From Octopus sinensis (taxonomy: Eukaryota): a stretch of DNA of 64,000 nucleotides. Where the stretch lies: NCBI RefSeq assembly GCF_006345805.1, contig NC_043002.1:69874001-69938000 (forward strand), read 5' to 3'. A program made the position numbers and the translations under genes. The notes beneath the pieces are model-generated. The model searched no databases, had not been told where the DNA came from, and worked only from the letters and a program-made list of their open reading frames with translations. Of the stretch, positions 25,011 to 38,597 are shown in pieces (position 1 is the first letter of the stretch; every line of letters starts with the position of its first letter).

Positions 25011-25470
25011 GTAGATTCTGTTCTCTCTCACTTTCTATCATATGTCGTCATATGTTTTATATATAATTATTTTATCTAATCTATAACTTTGTAGTAACTC
25101 CTGAGAATGAAGAGGTGGTGATGGGTGGGGGGCAATTCTGAAAGATCAAACATTGAATGTATACGGGGCCTGATACGATCTCACGGGATCTCGAGAGCTT
25201 TATTTCTGGAGCACCGCCTTGAAGTGTTTTTGTCGAACAGTTCGACCTCACTATTTATTTTTAAGCTTAGTACTATTCACACGCTACATACCTTCCTCCC
25301 AAGCATTGCTGTAAACAGTGGAAGTGAGCCAGAACGTTAAAACTTAATGCGCATGCTCAGCAGGGTTCAAGGTCAATCTTTGCCCAGCAGCTTTACTCTG
25401 TGTGCTTTTAGCTTTGTTTCTATGCCAACAGTCTGGATACTTATTGATCAGACCTCGTGTGTGTCTATCG

Positions 25471-25534
<64 letters not shown>

Positions 25535-25535
25535 C

Positions 25536-25568
<33 letters not shown>

Positions 25569-25594
25569 ATATATATATATATATAGATATATAT

Positions 25595-25638
<44 letters not shown>

Positions 25639-26143
25639 CATACATACACATACATATATATATAAATATATAAACGATGGGCTTCTTTCAGTTTCCTTCT
25701 ACCAAATCCACTCACAAGGTTTTGGCCGACCCGAGGCTTTAGTAGAACAGACTTGCCCAAAGTACCATGCAGTGAGATTGAACCCGGGACCATGTAGTTG
25801 GGAAGCAAGCTACTTACCACACAGACACACCTACACCTATATCATAAGAATTTAGAAACTTCGAGAAAACGGGGAATAATCAGTTTTTAATTGTAGAACT
25901 CGAAGTTAATAAAGTTATAAATGATAGCGTGTAAATATTGGCTGCCTCTGACTTTTGTATCCAAAGAGGTTTGTAACCCAATATTTACAAGCTTTTATTT
26001 ATAGCTTTATCTACTTCGAGTTCAAGTGTTAAAAATGAATTATATTGTAATGTGTTTCTGAAAAACCAGGGCAGACTACCAGAAGGGGTGAGTAAGTAAG
26101 TGAGTGAGTGAGTGAGTGAGTGAGTGAAGGAGTGAGTGAGAGA

Positions 26144-26214
<71 letters not shown>

Positions 26215-26229
26215 TTCTTCCTAACTATA

Positions 26230-26520
26230 TTTCTCCATCAGCCGCCAAATTTTCTTTGCATTGTGCTGTGCTTGATGAATTTTATGATGTCGTTAAAGCA
26301 ACGATGAACAAAAATGGGACCAACACAGCTACTGAAATCTATTCCTGGTTTCCAGAATATTCTGTAGATCACGACTCATTGGACTCTGCTTATCAGGAAA
26401 TACTTAATCCAGGGCAGCAATTTTTGACGACGTCCAATGGTGAATGAATTCTTGGCTGCAGAATGTCATGGCCATCTCTGTCGTATGTTTTGCTGAAGTC
26501 AAAGAATTCAACATCAATAT
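26230..26520 (-). pseudogene. Decayed CR1/Jockey-group reverse transcriptase fragment
   Basis: Minus-strand frameshifted motifs NIDVEFFDFSKTYDRDGHDIL (cf. YLDFSKAFDKV.H), LLPWIKYFLISRVQ and VL.PFLFIV. Confidence 0.65.
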
Positions 26521-27957
26521 TTCAATCCTCTCCTTGGCGGTAAGCTGGTAGAATAGTTAGCATGCCAGGCAAAATGCTAGGCAGTATTTTGGCCGTCTTT
26601 ACGTTCTGAGTTCAAATTACGCCGGGGTCGATTTTGCCTTTCATTCGTCCGAGGACGATAAAACGAGCACCAGTTGATCACTGGGGTCAAAGTGATCGAT
26701 CTATCCTTTCTCCCAAAATTGCTGGCCTTGTATCAAAGCTTGAAAGCAATATTTTAGTCTTCTCCCAAAACATTTATCGTCAATGTAGAAGCTAGTTAAT
26801 CAGTCTCTACAACACCAGAACATCACGCTAGCTTTGCTTTTAGCGATTGTTGCTCTCCAAGAGATCAGCTATTCTTGATTTCCCCCACTTCTCACTTTAA
26901 TGATATGAAATTATATTAGCTCAGTTGTTAGTTTATCGAAAGCGACGTATCACCCTTTTTGAAAACTGCTAATAGACTAAAACAGAAAAAGTTTGTGTAT
27001 GTTGCCTGCGTCTAGCGATTTTCTCTTGAGATTAGCTTGAGGTTATGCAAGTTGGTGTCGGCATTCCTTTATGATACATGCAAGGAATTTATCAGGACCT
27101 GCTGCTGAGTAGAGTTGAATTGTGACCATTGTCGTTATGAGGTGTGTACCGAAAGTTTTATCTTAGATGGCAAGCTGGGTGTTGTGTTTACTGATCCTGC
27201 TAAAGTTAATCTTCAGTTGACTCATGAAGGCGAATCATTGTTATTTTTGTTTCGTTGTAGTGAATTCTGGTTCCGAGAGCCATTTCTAGTGTGCCTAAAA
27301 GTTATGTCAGAAATGATATGCTTAGCAATGGCATTTATTGACACTACCTATGTTGGACTCCCATTTGAACACGAAGGTGAATCAGTATTATCTCACCACA
27401 ACGGCACCAAAAGAATACACTAGTCTTTTGACATTGGTTTCCATGTGTCTCTTGAGCAATGAGCGAAGCAGCAGCCCTGTGTGTTGGTAAATGAGTAAAT
27501 CTTGGTCTATCCTCGAAATAGTGTTCCTTATTGCGGTAAGAGAGGATAACTGTGACAATTATACTGTTAATTCAAATGGGCTACGAACACAGGTCAACCC
27601 CGTGAATCAGACCAAGCAACTTTCTGTGGTGGGGACGGTAGTGGTGGCGAAAGTTGTGGTGGTAGCTATCGTTTACACCATAACCTTATATTTGCTTGGC
27701 TTCAACTTTAAGTCCAGCATATAACTACTGACAGGGTCAACCAAGCAAACCGTTTACAGAAAAGCAATTTCTATTTTCCATCGACAACTACCACACTCAA
27801 AGTAAACAGCTGTGTGGGTTCAACAGAATATGGACGATATTCTATATCTGATACCGGCGTTTTTCTTGCTTTAAAGTTTTAAATGCTCTAAGCTTCCTTA
27901 AATGCTTCTGATTGTTGATGGTGTTTACGTTGTTCTTAAGACGATGATTTTTTATAA

Positions 27958-28160
27958 GGCGGCGAGCTGGCAGAATCGTTAGCACGCCGGGAGAAATGCT
28001 TCGTCTGTCTTTACGGTCTGAGTTCAAATTCCGCCACGATTGACTTTGCCTTTCATACTTTCGGAGTCGATAAATTAAGTACCGTTGTGTATTGGGATCG
28101 ATTTAAGCGACTGCCCCCCACCGCCCAATTTAGGGCTTTGTACCTAGAGTAGAAAAGAAT
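27958..28160 (+). mobile_element. SINE family B (further copies ~22310-22480 -, ~26535-26745 +, ~30173-30360 +, ~33090-33280, ~34715-35110 +, ~52860-53048 -)
   Basis: Family B head and core. Confidence 0.85.
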
Positions 28161-28914
28161 AATGATTTTTTATTAAGTTCGGGCGTTGTTACCGTTATGA
28201 ATTGTGAATGGTGCTGCTACTGATAACTGTGATCATTAATTGTGTTTGTGTGTGTGTGTGTGTTTGTCTGTCTGTCTGTCTATCTGTCTGTCTCTCTGTC
28301 ATACACACACACACATTTACACGGTAGAGTATAAAGCAAAAGATCTCAATGATACTTCAAAAATTTCATTTGTTTTACTCTACAGCTGTTTCCATGACTT
28401 ACGTTAAAACATCATCTACTATATCATTATTGCATAATTATAACGAAAATCGTTAACTTGGTTGAAAGTGAGGAAATGCGTTCCCAATCATATTCAGCTA
28501 GATTAATTGATCATGCAATAATTATGGAGTAATTATATCAGTGAAAATTTTTTCACTCATATCAAGCATTCGTTTAAACCATTTTTATTTCTATGCAAGT
28601 TCATTACTAGTATGGATATTACATTGAAGTAATAACTTATAGGATAAATTAGGATTTAGCAACATGTTAACATGAATTCAAGGGATGTATTTTCTCAATG
28701 CATAAGCGCTAATTCAATAAGCGGTGCCAAAATGGCTGTCAAAACATCTCATGTTTTATAGCAGAGGCTGTGTGGTAAGTAGCTTGCTTACCAACCACAT
28801 GTGTCCGGGTTCAGTTCCACTGCGTGGCACTTTGGACAAGTGTCTTCTACTATAGCCTCGGGCCGACAAAAGCCTTGTGAGTAGATTTGGTAGACGGAAA
28901 CTGAAAGAAGCTCG

Positions 28915-28949
<35 letters not shown>

Positions 28950-28953
<4 letters not shown>

Positions 28954-29260
28954 TAATAAATATTAGGGAATAAATCCAAATTTACAGGGAAAATCAGATT
29001 TAGGATTGAATCCAATTTATAGTATAATATTATATTATATTAAATTAGAGACAAAACCACTATTATGCAAATCAAACAAAGAAAGACTTAAGCCAATACA
29101 TAAAATAATTTATATAAATTTAGAAATTTAACAATTATAAATAACCACTATGATCGTTTCATGTCTTATTTCAGCACATCTTTGAGACATTCTTCAGGTG
29201 GTTTCAAAACCTTCTTGGCGAGTTTTAAACTATGATCTCTAATTTAATATAATATATATA
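28950..29260 (-). mobile_element. AT-rich Penelope-like (pLTR-type) fragment carrying a hammerhead motif
   Basis: Inferred from the embedded minimal type I hammerhead; no ORF present. Confidence 0.5.
29143..29203 (-). ncRNA. Minimal type I hammerhead ribozyme (one stem III mismatch)
   Basis: Minus strand: AACCAC-CTGAAGA-ATGTCT-[18 nt]-AGACAT-GAAA-CGATCA-TA-GTGGTT. Stem I 6 bp, stem II 6 bp, complete catalytic core. Confidence 0.8.
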
Positions 29261-29263
29261 TAT

Positions 29264-29607
29264 AAAGGGTAAAGACCCCCTTCGGTCATGAATGACCGTG
29301 GGATTGCACCTAGAAAGTTACCCTCCCAGGCACAAGTCCGGGCAAGGTTGTTTATGGAAGGCCAGCAGTCGCCCATGCATACCAGCCTCCCCTCTCCACG
29401 CCACCAGTGTTATCCAAGGGAAAGACAAAGGTCGATACAGCTTGCCACCAGTGACGTCGCAACTCATTTCTACAGCTGAGTGAACTGGTGCAACGTGAAA
29501 TAAAGTGCCTTGCTCAAGAACACAACACGCAGCCCGGTCCGGGATTCGAGCTCACAACCTCACGATCGTAAGCTCGACGCTCTAACCACTGAGCCATGCG
29601 CCTTCAC
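29264..29607 (-). mobile_element. tRNA-derived SINE family C, full length
   Basis: High identity to 14874-15208; partial copy also at ~43825-44040. Confidence 0.9.
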
Positions 29608-29625
29608 ACATATATATATATATAC

Positions 29626-29674
<49 letters not shown>

Positions 29675-29699
29675 CATACATACATATAAATATATATAT

Positions 29700-29740
<41 letters not shown>

Positions 29741-29752
29741 CATACATACTAC

Positions 29753-29840
<88 letters not shown>

Positions 29841-30370
29841 TATATATGTATGTATATACATATATGTATGTATATATGTATGTATGCATGTATGTATATA
29901 TGTGTATGCGTGTATATGTTTGTGTGTATGTGTTTGTTCCCCCCCCCATCACTTGGCAACCGATGCTGGTGTGTTTACATCCCTGATAAAACAAGTACTA
30001 GGCTTACAAAGAATAAGTCCTGGGGCGTAGTCAAATGACTGAAACGAATAAAAGAATAAAATACCTACCTACATACATACATGCATACATATGTATATAT
30101 CAATATATATATACACACACAAACACGCACACACATACACGCGCGCTCGCGTGCACGCACACATTTCTATATAGGCGGTGAGCTGGCAGAATCGCTAATG
30201 CTTAGAGGCATTTCGCCCGTCTTCATGTTTTGAGTTCAAATTCTGCCTCGGCCGACTTTGCTTTTACCCATCGGGATCGAATAAAATAAGTACCACTTTA
30301 ACATTCGATTCGATATAATGGACTTTTGCCCTACCTCAAATTGCTGGCCTTGTGCAAAAATTTGAATTCA

Positions 30371-30402
<32 letters not shown>

Positions 30403-30418
30403 TAATATATATATATAT

Positions 30419-30802
30419 ATGTAAACGGCAGTTTGTCTGTGCGTGTTTCTGTGTGTGTCTGTTTGCTTGTACCCTCACTCTGACCACGGCTTTCAACCGA
30501 TTCTGATGAAACTTGACACACACATAGCCCAATGTCATAATTCAAAACTAACGCAGCGAAAATTTTGAAAAGTTCCCCCAGTTCAGAAAAAGATCGATAA
30601 ATTCGACACGGGGTCGACAATCAGAAACACAAACCGCAGATGGTGTAGGGGACGCAACTCGGCCTTTTTAACTATCAAAAAAAAATTTACCATAATTTTT
30701 TTCTTCCCATTTTCTTTTTGCTATTTTTTGGCTATAACTCTCTAAAAGTGCTTTATAGTTATTTCCCTTACAAACCCGAGCAACGCCGGGCGATACTGCT
30801 AG
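30419..30802 (+). mobile_element. Non-autonomous Helitron-like element inserted in (TA)n
   Basis: 3' hairpin cccgagcaacgccggg (30775-30790) then CTAG|T at 30799-30803; 5' gtctgt-type microsatellite; both flanks are (TA)n. Confidence 0.7.
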
Positions 30803-30824
30803 TATATATATATATATATATATA

Positions 30825-30886
<62 letters not shown>

Positions 30887-30913
30887 AATATATATATATA
30901 TAGATATATATAT

Positions 30914-30957
<44 letters not shown>

Positions 30958-31381
30958 AAGTGGCCGTGTGGTAAGAAGTTTGCTTCCCAACCACATGGTT
31001 CTGGTTTCAATCCTCCGGGTGGCACTTTTAGCAATGTCTTCTACACTAGCCTCAAGCCAACCAAATCTTCGTGGGTCGATTTGGTTGGCGAAAGCTGAAA
31101 AATCCGCCGTATATATATATATACACACACACGTGCGCATACGCCCGCACGCTCATTTGTAGCACATATATAAGTTTTGAAAGAACAAAATTAGTGGTAA
31201 GAAAAAGAAGGATTTTTGTATTAGTTAGTGGTCAACGGGAAGTAACTCTATAATAAATATGTTTCATTCTCTCCCTTTGAGTATTGCAGGTTTTTTTTTT
31301 TCTTTGGAATTTTTGTCTTGTTTGGATATTGAGAATACATTATAATTCATATATATAAATTCAGAAAGAAAAAAAGGGTTA

Positions 31382-31764
31382 TAGGTGTGGTTGTGTAGTA
31401 AGAAGCTTGCTTCCCAACCACATAGTTCCGAATTCAGTCCCACTGCGTGGCATCTTGGGCAAGTGTCTTCTACTGTAGCCTCAAGTCGACCAAAGCCTTG
31501 TGAGTGGATTTGGTAGAGGGAAACTGAAAGAAGCCCGTCGTATATATATATATGTGTGTGTGTGTGTATTTGTATAGATGATTCTATACATTTATGTGTT
31601 TGTGTCCCCTTCTATCGCTTGACAACCGATGTTGTTATGTTTACGCCCCCCATAAGCTAGCGGTTCAGCAAAATAGACCGATAGAATAAGTCCTGGGGTC
31701 GATTTGTCCAGCTAAAGGCGGTGCTCCCCCATGACCGCAATCAAATAATTGAAACAGGTTAAAG
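31382..31764 (+). mobile_element. SINE family A, full length (further copies ~37110-37445 -, 43577-43808 +, 47675-48066 -, 52477-52861 +, 60193-60577 -, ~60770-61170 +, ~63685-63950 +)
   Basis: Head, central microsatellite and tail all present. Confidence 0.9.
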
Positions 31765-32079
31765 AAATTTCAATTGGCAAAATCGATTTACGAAAGAGAA
31801 TGTTTATAAAGGAGCAAGTGAAAACGTTCAAGATATCCTTTGCCTTGACAATAATGACTTGTGGAAGAAGTGACTATTTAATTTGTCAGTTATATATACG
31901 TAAATTTATATGGAACGACAGACAATTACCTCTTCGTCACACACTTTTGGCTGTCAGATCTTTGAATATAGAATTACAGGTGGAAAAGAATTCATAGAAT
32001 AAAATCGCAGTTTTGCTAGTCACAGGTATAAGTTATAATTTCGAGTGTGAAAAAGTCACAAATAATAAATATTTAAATA

Positions 32080-32438
32080 TAGAGGTTGGCCCGAAAGTAT
32101 GTTTAAAGTTATTCAGCTATCTCTTTCGCATTAACAGTTAAGATCTTAATTATAAAAAAAATAAATATGCAACAACACTGAACACCTTTTTGATCTCCAT
32201 GTGTCTAACACACGTGGACATGCCTACAAAGTCAGAAAACAGCACAGCTACCATGACTTTCGGAAACATTTTTTCACGCTCAGAGTTGCTGAAGCATGGA
32301 ATAAACTGCCTGCGTCAGTTGTTGACTGCCATGACACTGCATCCTTTAAGGCCCTCATGCTTTCCGAAATCCGCCGAAACTACACCTGATTATATATACA
32401 CTTTAGATGAGTTGTAGTGCACCTGAGCACTGTACACA

Positions 32439-32484
<46 letters not shown>

Positions 32485-32966
32485 TATGCTAATTTAGTTA
32501 ATTTTGTTAAGCTCCTTTTTTAGTTGACAGTAAGAGACTACTTTAACCAAGCCTTTCCACAGCGTTGGTTTGGAAGACGGGGCAGCATCGAATGGCCACC
32601 ACGTTCACCTGACCTGACACCAAAGGATTTCTTTTTTTAGGGTGTTGTAAAGAACAAGGTTTATGAAAACAGTAAATTCCAGAACAGTAAATAAATTAAA
32701 AGATTACATTTCTGACGCATTCATTGAAAGTGATAGAGATCGGAATTTGTCCCCTAATGTGTGTCAGGGTGTTCTGAAGAGGTTTGAAGAATGTTGCAAT
32801 GTTGAAGGAGGATATTTTGAGCACCTGAGAGATTAAACTTTGTCTGTTTAAGATGTGCAATAAACAATATGATTGTAAGATAGAAATTTAAATGTAATGA
32901 AATAGTTTCAAAGAAATTTAAAGTGCCTACGTGATAACTGTAAACCTACTTTTGGGCCAACCTGTA
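32080..32966 (+). mobile_element. Internally deleted Tc1/mariner-superfamily element (WPPRSPDL type) with transposase C-terminal relic at ~32560-32836
   Basis: TIRs tagaggttggcccgaaagtatgtttaaagttat / ataactgtaaacctacttttgggccaacctgta. Relic reads WFGRRGSIEWPPRSPDLTPKDFF...EGGYFEHLRD*. Confidence 0.85.
32190..32483 (+). mobile_element. 5'-truncated CR1/L2-group LINE 3' end with (ATT)n tail, nested in the Tc1-like element
   Basis: ORF2 C-terminal motif TRGHAYKV...RKHFFTLRVAEAWNKLP..VV, followed by a 3' UTR and (ATT)n at 32439-32483. Confidence 0.85.
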
Positions 32967-33540
32967 CGTAACGGCTCTTTTTGTAAGAGCCGATAACCAA
33001 GACGTTAATGTGACCGCATATAAAGTAACGCCTGAAGAGTTATTTCCCTTGCTCACACCCGTGTTAATCCATTTATATTCTTTTCTACTCTATGCACAAG
33101 GCCTGAAATTTTTTGAGGGTCGGGTGCCATTCGATTAGATCGACCTCAGTACGCAACTGGTACTTAATTTATCGACTCCAAAAGGACGAAAGGCGGAATT
33201 TGAACTCAGAACATAAAGACAGACGAAATACTGCTAAGTATTTCCCCCGGTGTGCTAGCGTTTCTGCCAACTCGCCGCCTTTAATCCATTTATATTATCG
33301 TGCCTTTGGTTTTAATGCATAAACCGCTACTTAAAATCACAAGAGCAACTTAATCTTAAGCGTCCACTATAAGTTTATATAACACTATTTACTTTATTGG
33401 TTCTTTATTTGTACATTAGTCAACAAGAAAGCGCTCGATCGATCTGAGAGAAAGAACAGCTAAATTTTACCAAAATTTAAGCGCTAAATATAAATGATAT
33501 CTCAGATTACATTTGATAACACACTGTTAAATTCTCAACA

Positions 33541-33571
<31 letters not shown>

Positions 33572-33987
33572 ACTTTTACCATCTACTTGTTTCAAAAGGC
33601 TGCCACCGCCCTGAGGCATCGCCTTGAAGGGTTTATTCGAACAAATCGACCTCAACACTTATCTTTTAAAGTCTGATACATATTGTATTGTGCTCTTTTA
33701 CCGCACCCGTAAGCTATGAGGACGGAAACAAACCTACACCGGTTGTCAACAGGTGATGGGAACAAGCGCAAACATGCATATTTATATTCAGCGAATTTTC
33801 ATGAAGTTTCCATTGACCATATTCACTCGCAGGGCAGTGGTCAAGCCAGCCCTATAATAGTAAAAGACACTTATCCAAAGTGCCGCGCAGAGGGACTGAA
33901 CCTGAAACTATGTGCTCGTAAAGCGGCCTTCTTAACCATGCCTGCGCCTATAACTGTGACTATAAATTTTACATACCTACGCTGAAT

Positions 33988-34462
33988 TATTGAGAAACCT
34001 GCAGTTACTCTATCGAGATTACAAGTTCAGGTTTATACCTGTAATTATTGGGGCCCTGGAATACCAATCTTGAGAAATTAGGCTTCTCAAAACCAGAAAA
34101 GAGAAAGCTTATTCGATGACTACAAATCTAATCTATCACTGGCATTGTAAAAATCTGTAAAACTTTCCAATAGCTTATCATTTAAATATATATGAACATG
34201 TCTAGATATGTAGCTATATGCATGAGAATACACACATAAAGCAAAACATACAAATCTGCGAACATACATACACATACATACATACATACATACATACATA
34301 CATACATACATACATACATACATACATACATACATACATACATACATACAAACGAAAATATCCTGTTGTTGATGTTGAAATTCCAATAAATGAGCCTTGA
34401 ATATAGGTTAGAAACCGACTATTTCTTTATTGGCAAGAAATCTTGAAATAAACTGAACAATG

Positions 34463-34463
<1 letters not shown>
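33988..34463 (+). mobile_element. 3' end of R4/Dong-type (RLE) non-LTR retrotransposon, decayed
   Basis: LRNLQLLYRDYKFRFIPVIIGAL...NLEKLGFSKPE...SITGIVKICKTF, followed by a 3' UTR containing (CATA)n. Confidence 0.7.
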
Positions 34464-34496
<33 letters not shown>

Positions 34497-37400
34497 CACA
34501 CACACATACACACACACACACGTACGTATTTATGTATGTATGTATGTATGTATGTATGTATGTATGTATGACGGCAGAGTCGCCATGGTTGGATGCACTT
34601 TGTCAGAGTTTTGATAAATTAGATTTGATCTAGGACTAGACGGACACAATAAAATATATCCTTATACAAACTTATCGTTAAATACACTCTACAATATTCT
34701 TGTACAATGTTCTAAATGCTTAGCGGTATTTCGTCTGTCTTTATGTTCTAAGTTCAAATTCCGCCGAGGTCGACTTTGCCTTTCATCCTTTCGGGTTCGA
34801 TAAATTAAGTACCAGTTTTGAATGGGTTCGATCTAATCGACTGGCCCCCACCCCCAAAATTTCGAGCCTTGTGTCTAGAGTAAAAAAGAATCTAAAAAAA
34901 AAAATAGAAGCCGGTGAGTTGGCGGAATGCTTAGCGGTATTTTGTCTGTTTTTATGTTCTGAGTTCAAATTCCGCCATGGTCGACTTTTCCTTTCATCCT
35001 TTCGGGGTCGATAAATTAAGTACTGGTTGCGTACTGAGGTCGATGAAATCGACTGCATCCACCCACCAAAATAAAATTTCGGGCCTTGCGCTTAGAATAG
35101 AAAAGAATATTAAACACAACAGTTATGGACACCGCTTCTCCTCCTCTAACTATATTATTAAAAATGAAGCCATCGTAGAATTTTTGGTACTCGGAATTTA
35201 ACTAAATGTGTGCTGCAGACGACATCTATATGTTGTTCATGACATGGAAAGTATTTACTCAAAATTGATCTTTCATTGCGCATAATTTTCAGTATTTGTA
35301 TTCAGTTTTCTAAAGGAATTCTACAACTACAGAACACTTAACTTATCTTCAGATTGATGTCTTTAATAAGTTCGAAGCCTGAAACTTAGATTCTCATGTA
35401 ATTTTTTTACTTACTGATTTTTGAAAGTTCAAGATAAAACAAAAATTTTGACATTGAAGTTGAAGTGTAAGTCGGAAATTGTAAAATAAATTTGGAAGTT
35501 GAATAAAATTTGATATAAAATATAAACCATTCATAAATTTTCCGTTAGAAAGTTTTTCCAAAAATTTTATCAAGATCGGAGTTGGAATTTCAATTCGATT
35601 TTTTTCTATGAAAATATGTCTTTCAAAAATAAATTTCCAAATGATGAATGGATAATTGGATCACATTACCCTGCTGGTATTATTGGTATATAATAACTAT
35701 GTGGTTAAAATATCATTACAGGACAAAATCACATTCATCAACAAACCTTCTTATGACAGTATCAGCTTCATAAATACTGCGTTGTGCAGTATGAAAGTAT
35801 TAAAGTGTCACGATACACTGGTGATCAAATCATTGCGTTAGAATGTATATGGGAAAGCAAATTATCGTGTCACAGGGAACAGAATATTATCTCATAGTTT
35901 CGTAAGAAACTGATCTTTGTGCACAAATATATTAGTTAACCGATAACTGTGCAGCGGTATCAGACTGGTAAACTTAACATTATGTTGTATTATCAACCTG
36001 ATGATCAGAATATTTTGCTACAAAATCTGTCTGGTAAACAGATTATTGTACGAAGAAAACACTCAGGGAAACATAACATTGTGGAGTAGAATAATCTCGG
36101 TGCAACAATGCCAGATTAGTAAAATATTATTGTCCGTCCGTATTCTGTTGAAATAATAATTGTGACAGTATCACCCTGATAAACAAAACATTAAGTCTCG
36201 TTTTCAGAATATAAATGATTTTTGTGTCACCATATTATTGGAGAAAGATCATTTTGTCGTCCTAAAATATTAGGTTGGTAAACAGAACAATGTGTGGAGG
36301 CACACAATGGTTAGAGCAGCGGATTCGCGATCGAGGGATCGCGGGTTCGAATCTCAGACCCGGCGATGTGTGTGTTTATGAGTGAAATACCTAAGCTCCA
36401 CGCGGCTCCGGCAGAAGGTAATGGCGAGCTTCTGCTGACTCTCTCGCCACAACTTCCTTTCACTCTTTCCTCCTGCATCTTGCAGCTCATCTGCGACGGA
36501 CCGGCGTCCCGTCCAGGTGGGAAACCTATACGCCAAGGAAACCGGGAAACCTGCCCTTATGAGCCAGGCGTGGCTTGAGAAGGAACAATGTACGTCAGTA
36601 ACTTGGTGAATTGATCAGTGTTACCGCATCCAGGTGAACTGATCGTTCTTATTTCCCAAGACATATGTAGAAACACTAAGCATTAAAGGAACACGCCGAG
36701 GTTTTATTTCTTGATTTTTTTTTCCTGAGGAAAGCATCTTGAACGCCTGCAAATTGATGTATGTAGTTGAAAACAAAAAGGAGCTGTTGCAAAAGTGTGA
36801 GCAGTTCTATAGCGATTAAATTCTTCAAAATGGATGGACTCTCTTAAAAACGCCGGATTATCTGATGAAAAATAGGAAGCTTGCTGTGGCAATCACCGAC
36901 AACGGGGTTCGTCACACTTAGTCGAATTGCAGAATTAATGCCTACGAGATGAATTCAAATCACGCACGAGAATTCGTTCGTATAGTACTCTAAAGCCTAA
37001 CTCCCAAAGGAAAATCTTGTTACTATGTTGAATCGTTTGAGTATCAGACAAATAGTAGATAGTCGCACATGGGTGAACAAATAGACTCTAAACCAACAAA
37101 TCAATAATCTACAGTCATTAGACTGCGGCCATACTGGGGCACCGCCTTGTAGAATTTTTAGTCAAATGATTCGACCCCAGTACTATCGGTCACTTTTGAT
37201 GAACCGCTAAGTTACAAGGATGTAGACACACCAGCACTGGTGGTGGGGGAATAAACAGACACAAAGTCACACACACATACACACACATGCATATGTTTAT
37301 ATATACACACTCACACGCTCACACACACATATACGCAAACACACACACACACATACGCATACGCATACGCACACACAGACATAGATACACACACACACAC

Positions 37401-37927
37401 AACTCAAAACCACATGGTTACGAAGCAAGCTTCTTACAACACGGCCAATCCTGCGCTTATATTTATTTATTTATTTACATATATATTCAATCATCGTTTA
37501 TTAAATACTTTATATATCATTCATCATATATAATGTAACCTATTTATTATATTTATTTATCCTATCCCATCTCAATTTGCCTCACCTCAAGGTGTAAATA
37601 AATACGAAAGAATGCAAACGAAAAACGCATAACTCAACATAACTGCAAACAGAACTTATCTCCCTTTCAACATCCTTTTAAGTCGTTTTCCAGTTAATGC
37701 CTTTATTTTCTTCTATAATTTTAATCCATGTAAGAGTGACCTCCCTTAAATTTACGTGACGTTATAACCGACATTATTTGTACCGGTCATTTAGGAGACC
37801 ATATTCCTTGTACAACAAACTTTGTTGCCAAATATCTCTAGCAGCACCCTGAAGCAACAAATATGAAATATAGGGGCACTAAAAAGTGTTGTTTTCAGCT
37901 GACTGAATCAAATAAACTGTGTATGTG

Positions 37928-38043
<116 letters not shown>

Positions 38044-38113
38044 GGGGATCAGATGCATGCGCGTGTATGTGTGTGCGCGTGTGTCTGTCTGTCTATTCAC
38101 CTCTCTCTCTTTC

Positions 38114-38196
<83 letters not shown>

Positions 38197-38366
38197 GCCT
38201 GTTTGTCTGTCTGTCTATCTTCTGTGAGTGTCTGTCTGTCCACCTCTCTTTCTCTCTTTCTCTCTCTATCTATCTGTCTGTCTGTCTATCTGTCTATCTT
38301 GTGTGTATGTGTGTGTGTGTGTGTATGTGCGTGTGTGTATGTGTGTACTTCATTCATACAGCTGCA

Positions 38367-38597
38367 AAAACATCACAAAAACTGTTACTCAGAGTTTCAC
38401 GTACCCGTCCGTCGGACAGTTTTCACACCAACGTGTGACGTCATTACCAAAATTACTTCCATATTGGATCGATACAAGATTTGTACCAGTCCATTAGGAG
38501 GACGTATTCCACGTACGACAAGCTATGCTGTCAAATGTCTCTAACTAGAACAGCACCTTGAACATGAAACTCTGAGTAACAGGTTTTATGGTGTTTT
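38367..38597. mobile_element. MITE-like element with 36-nt terminal inverted repeats
   Basis: 38367-38402 vs reverse complement of 38562-38597 match 32/36; an older related fragment lies at ~37740-37870. Confidence 0.6.

Noticed and set aside
26136-26447. Plus-strand ORF with a good acceptor (tttctccatcAG) looking like an exon
   Set aside because: The opposite strand carries decayed reverse-transcriptase motifs, which explain the sequence better.
28403-28500. Minus-strand GTAAGT donor with upstream EYDWERISS peptide
   Set aside because: Stops occur in all frames before the donor.
36704-36868. Minus-strand acceptor followed by NPAFLRESIHFEEFNRYR...
   Set aside because: No donor, no homology recognised, and no supporting neighbouring exon.
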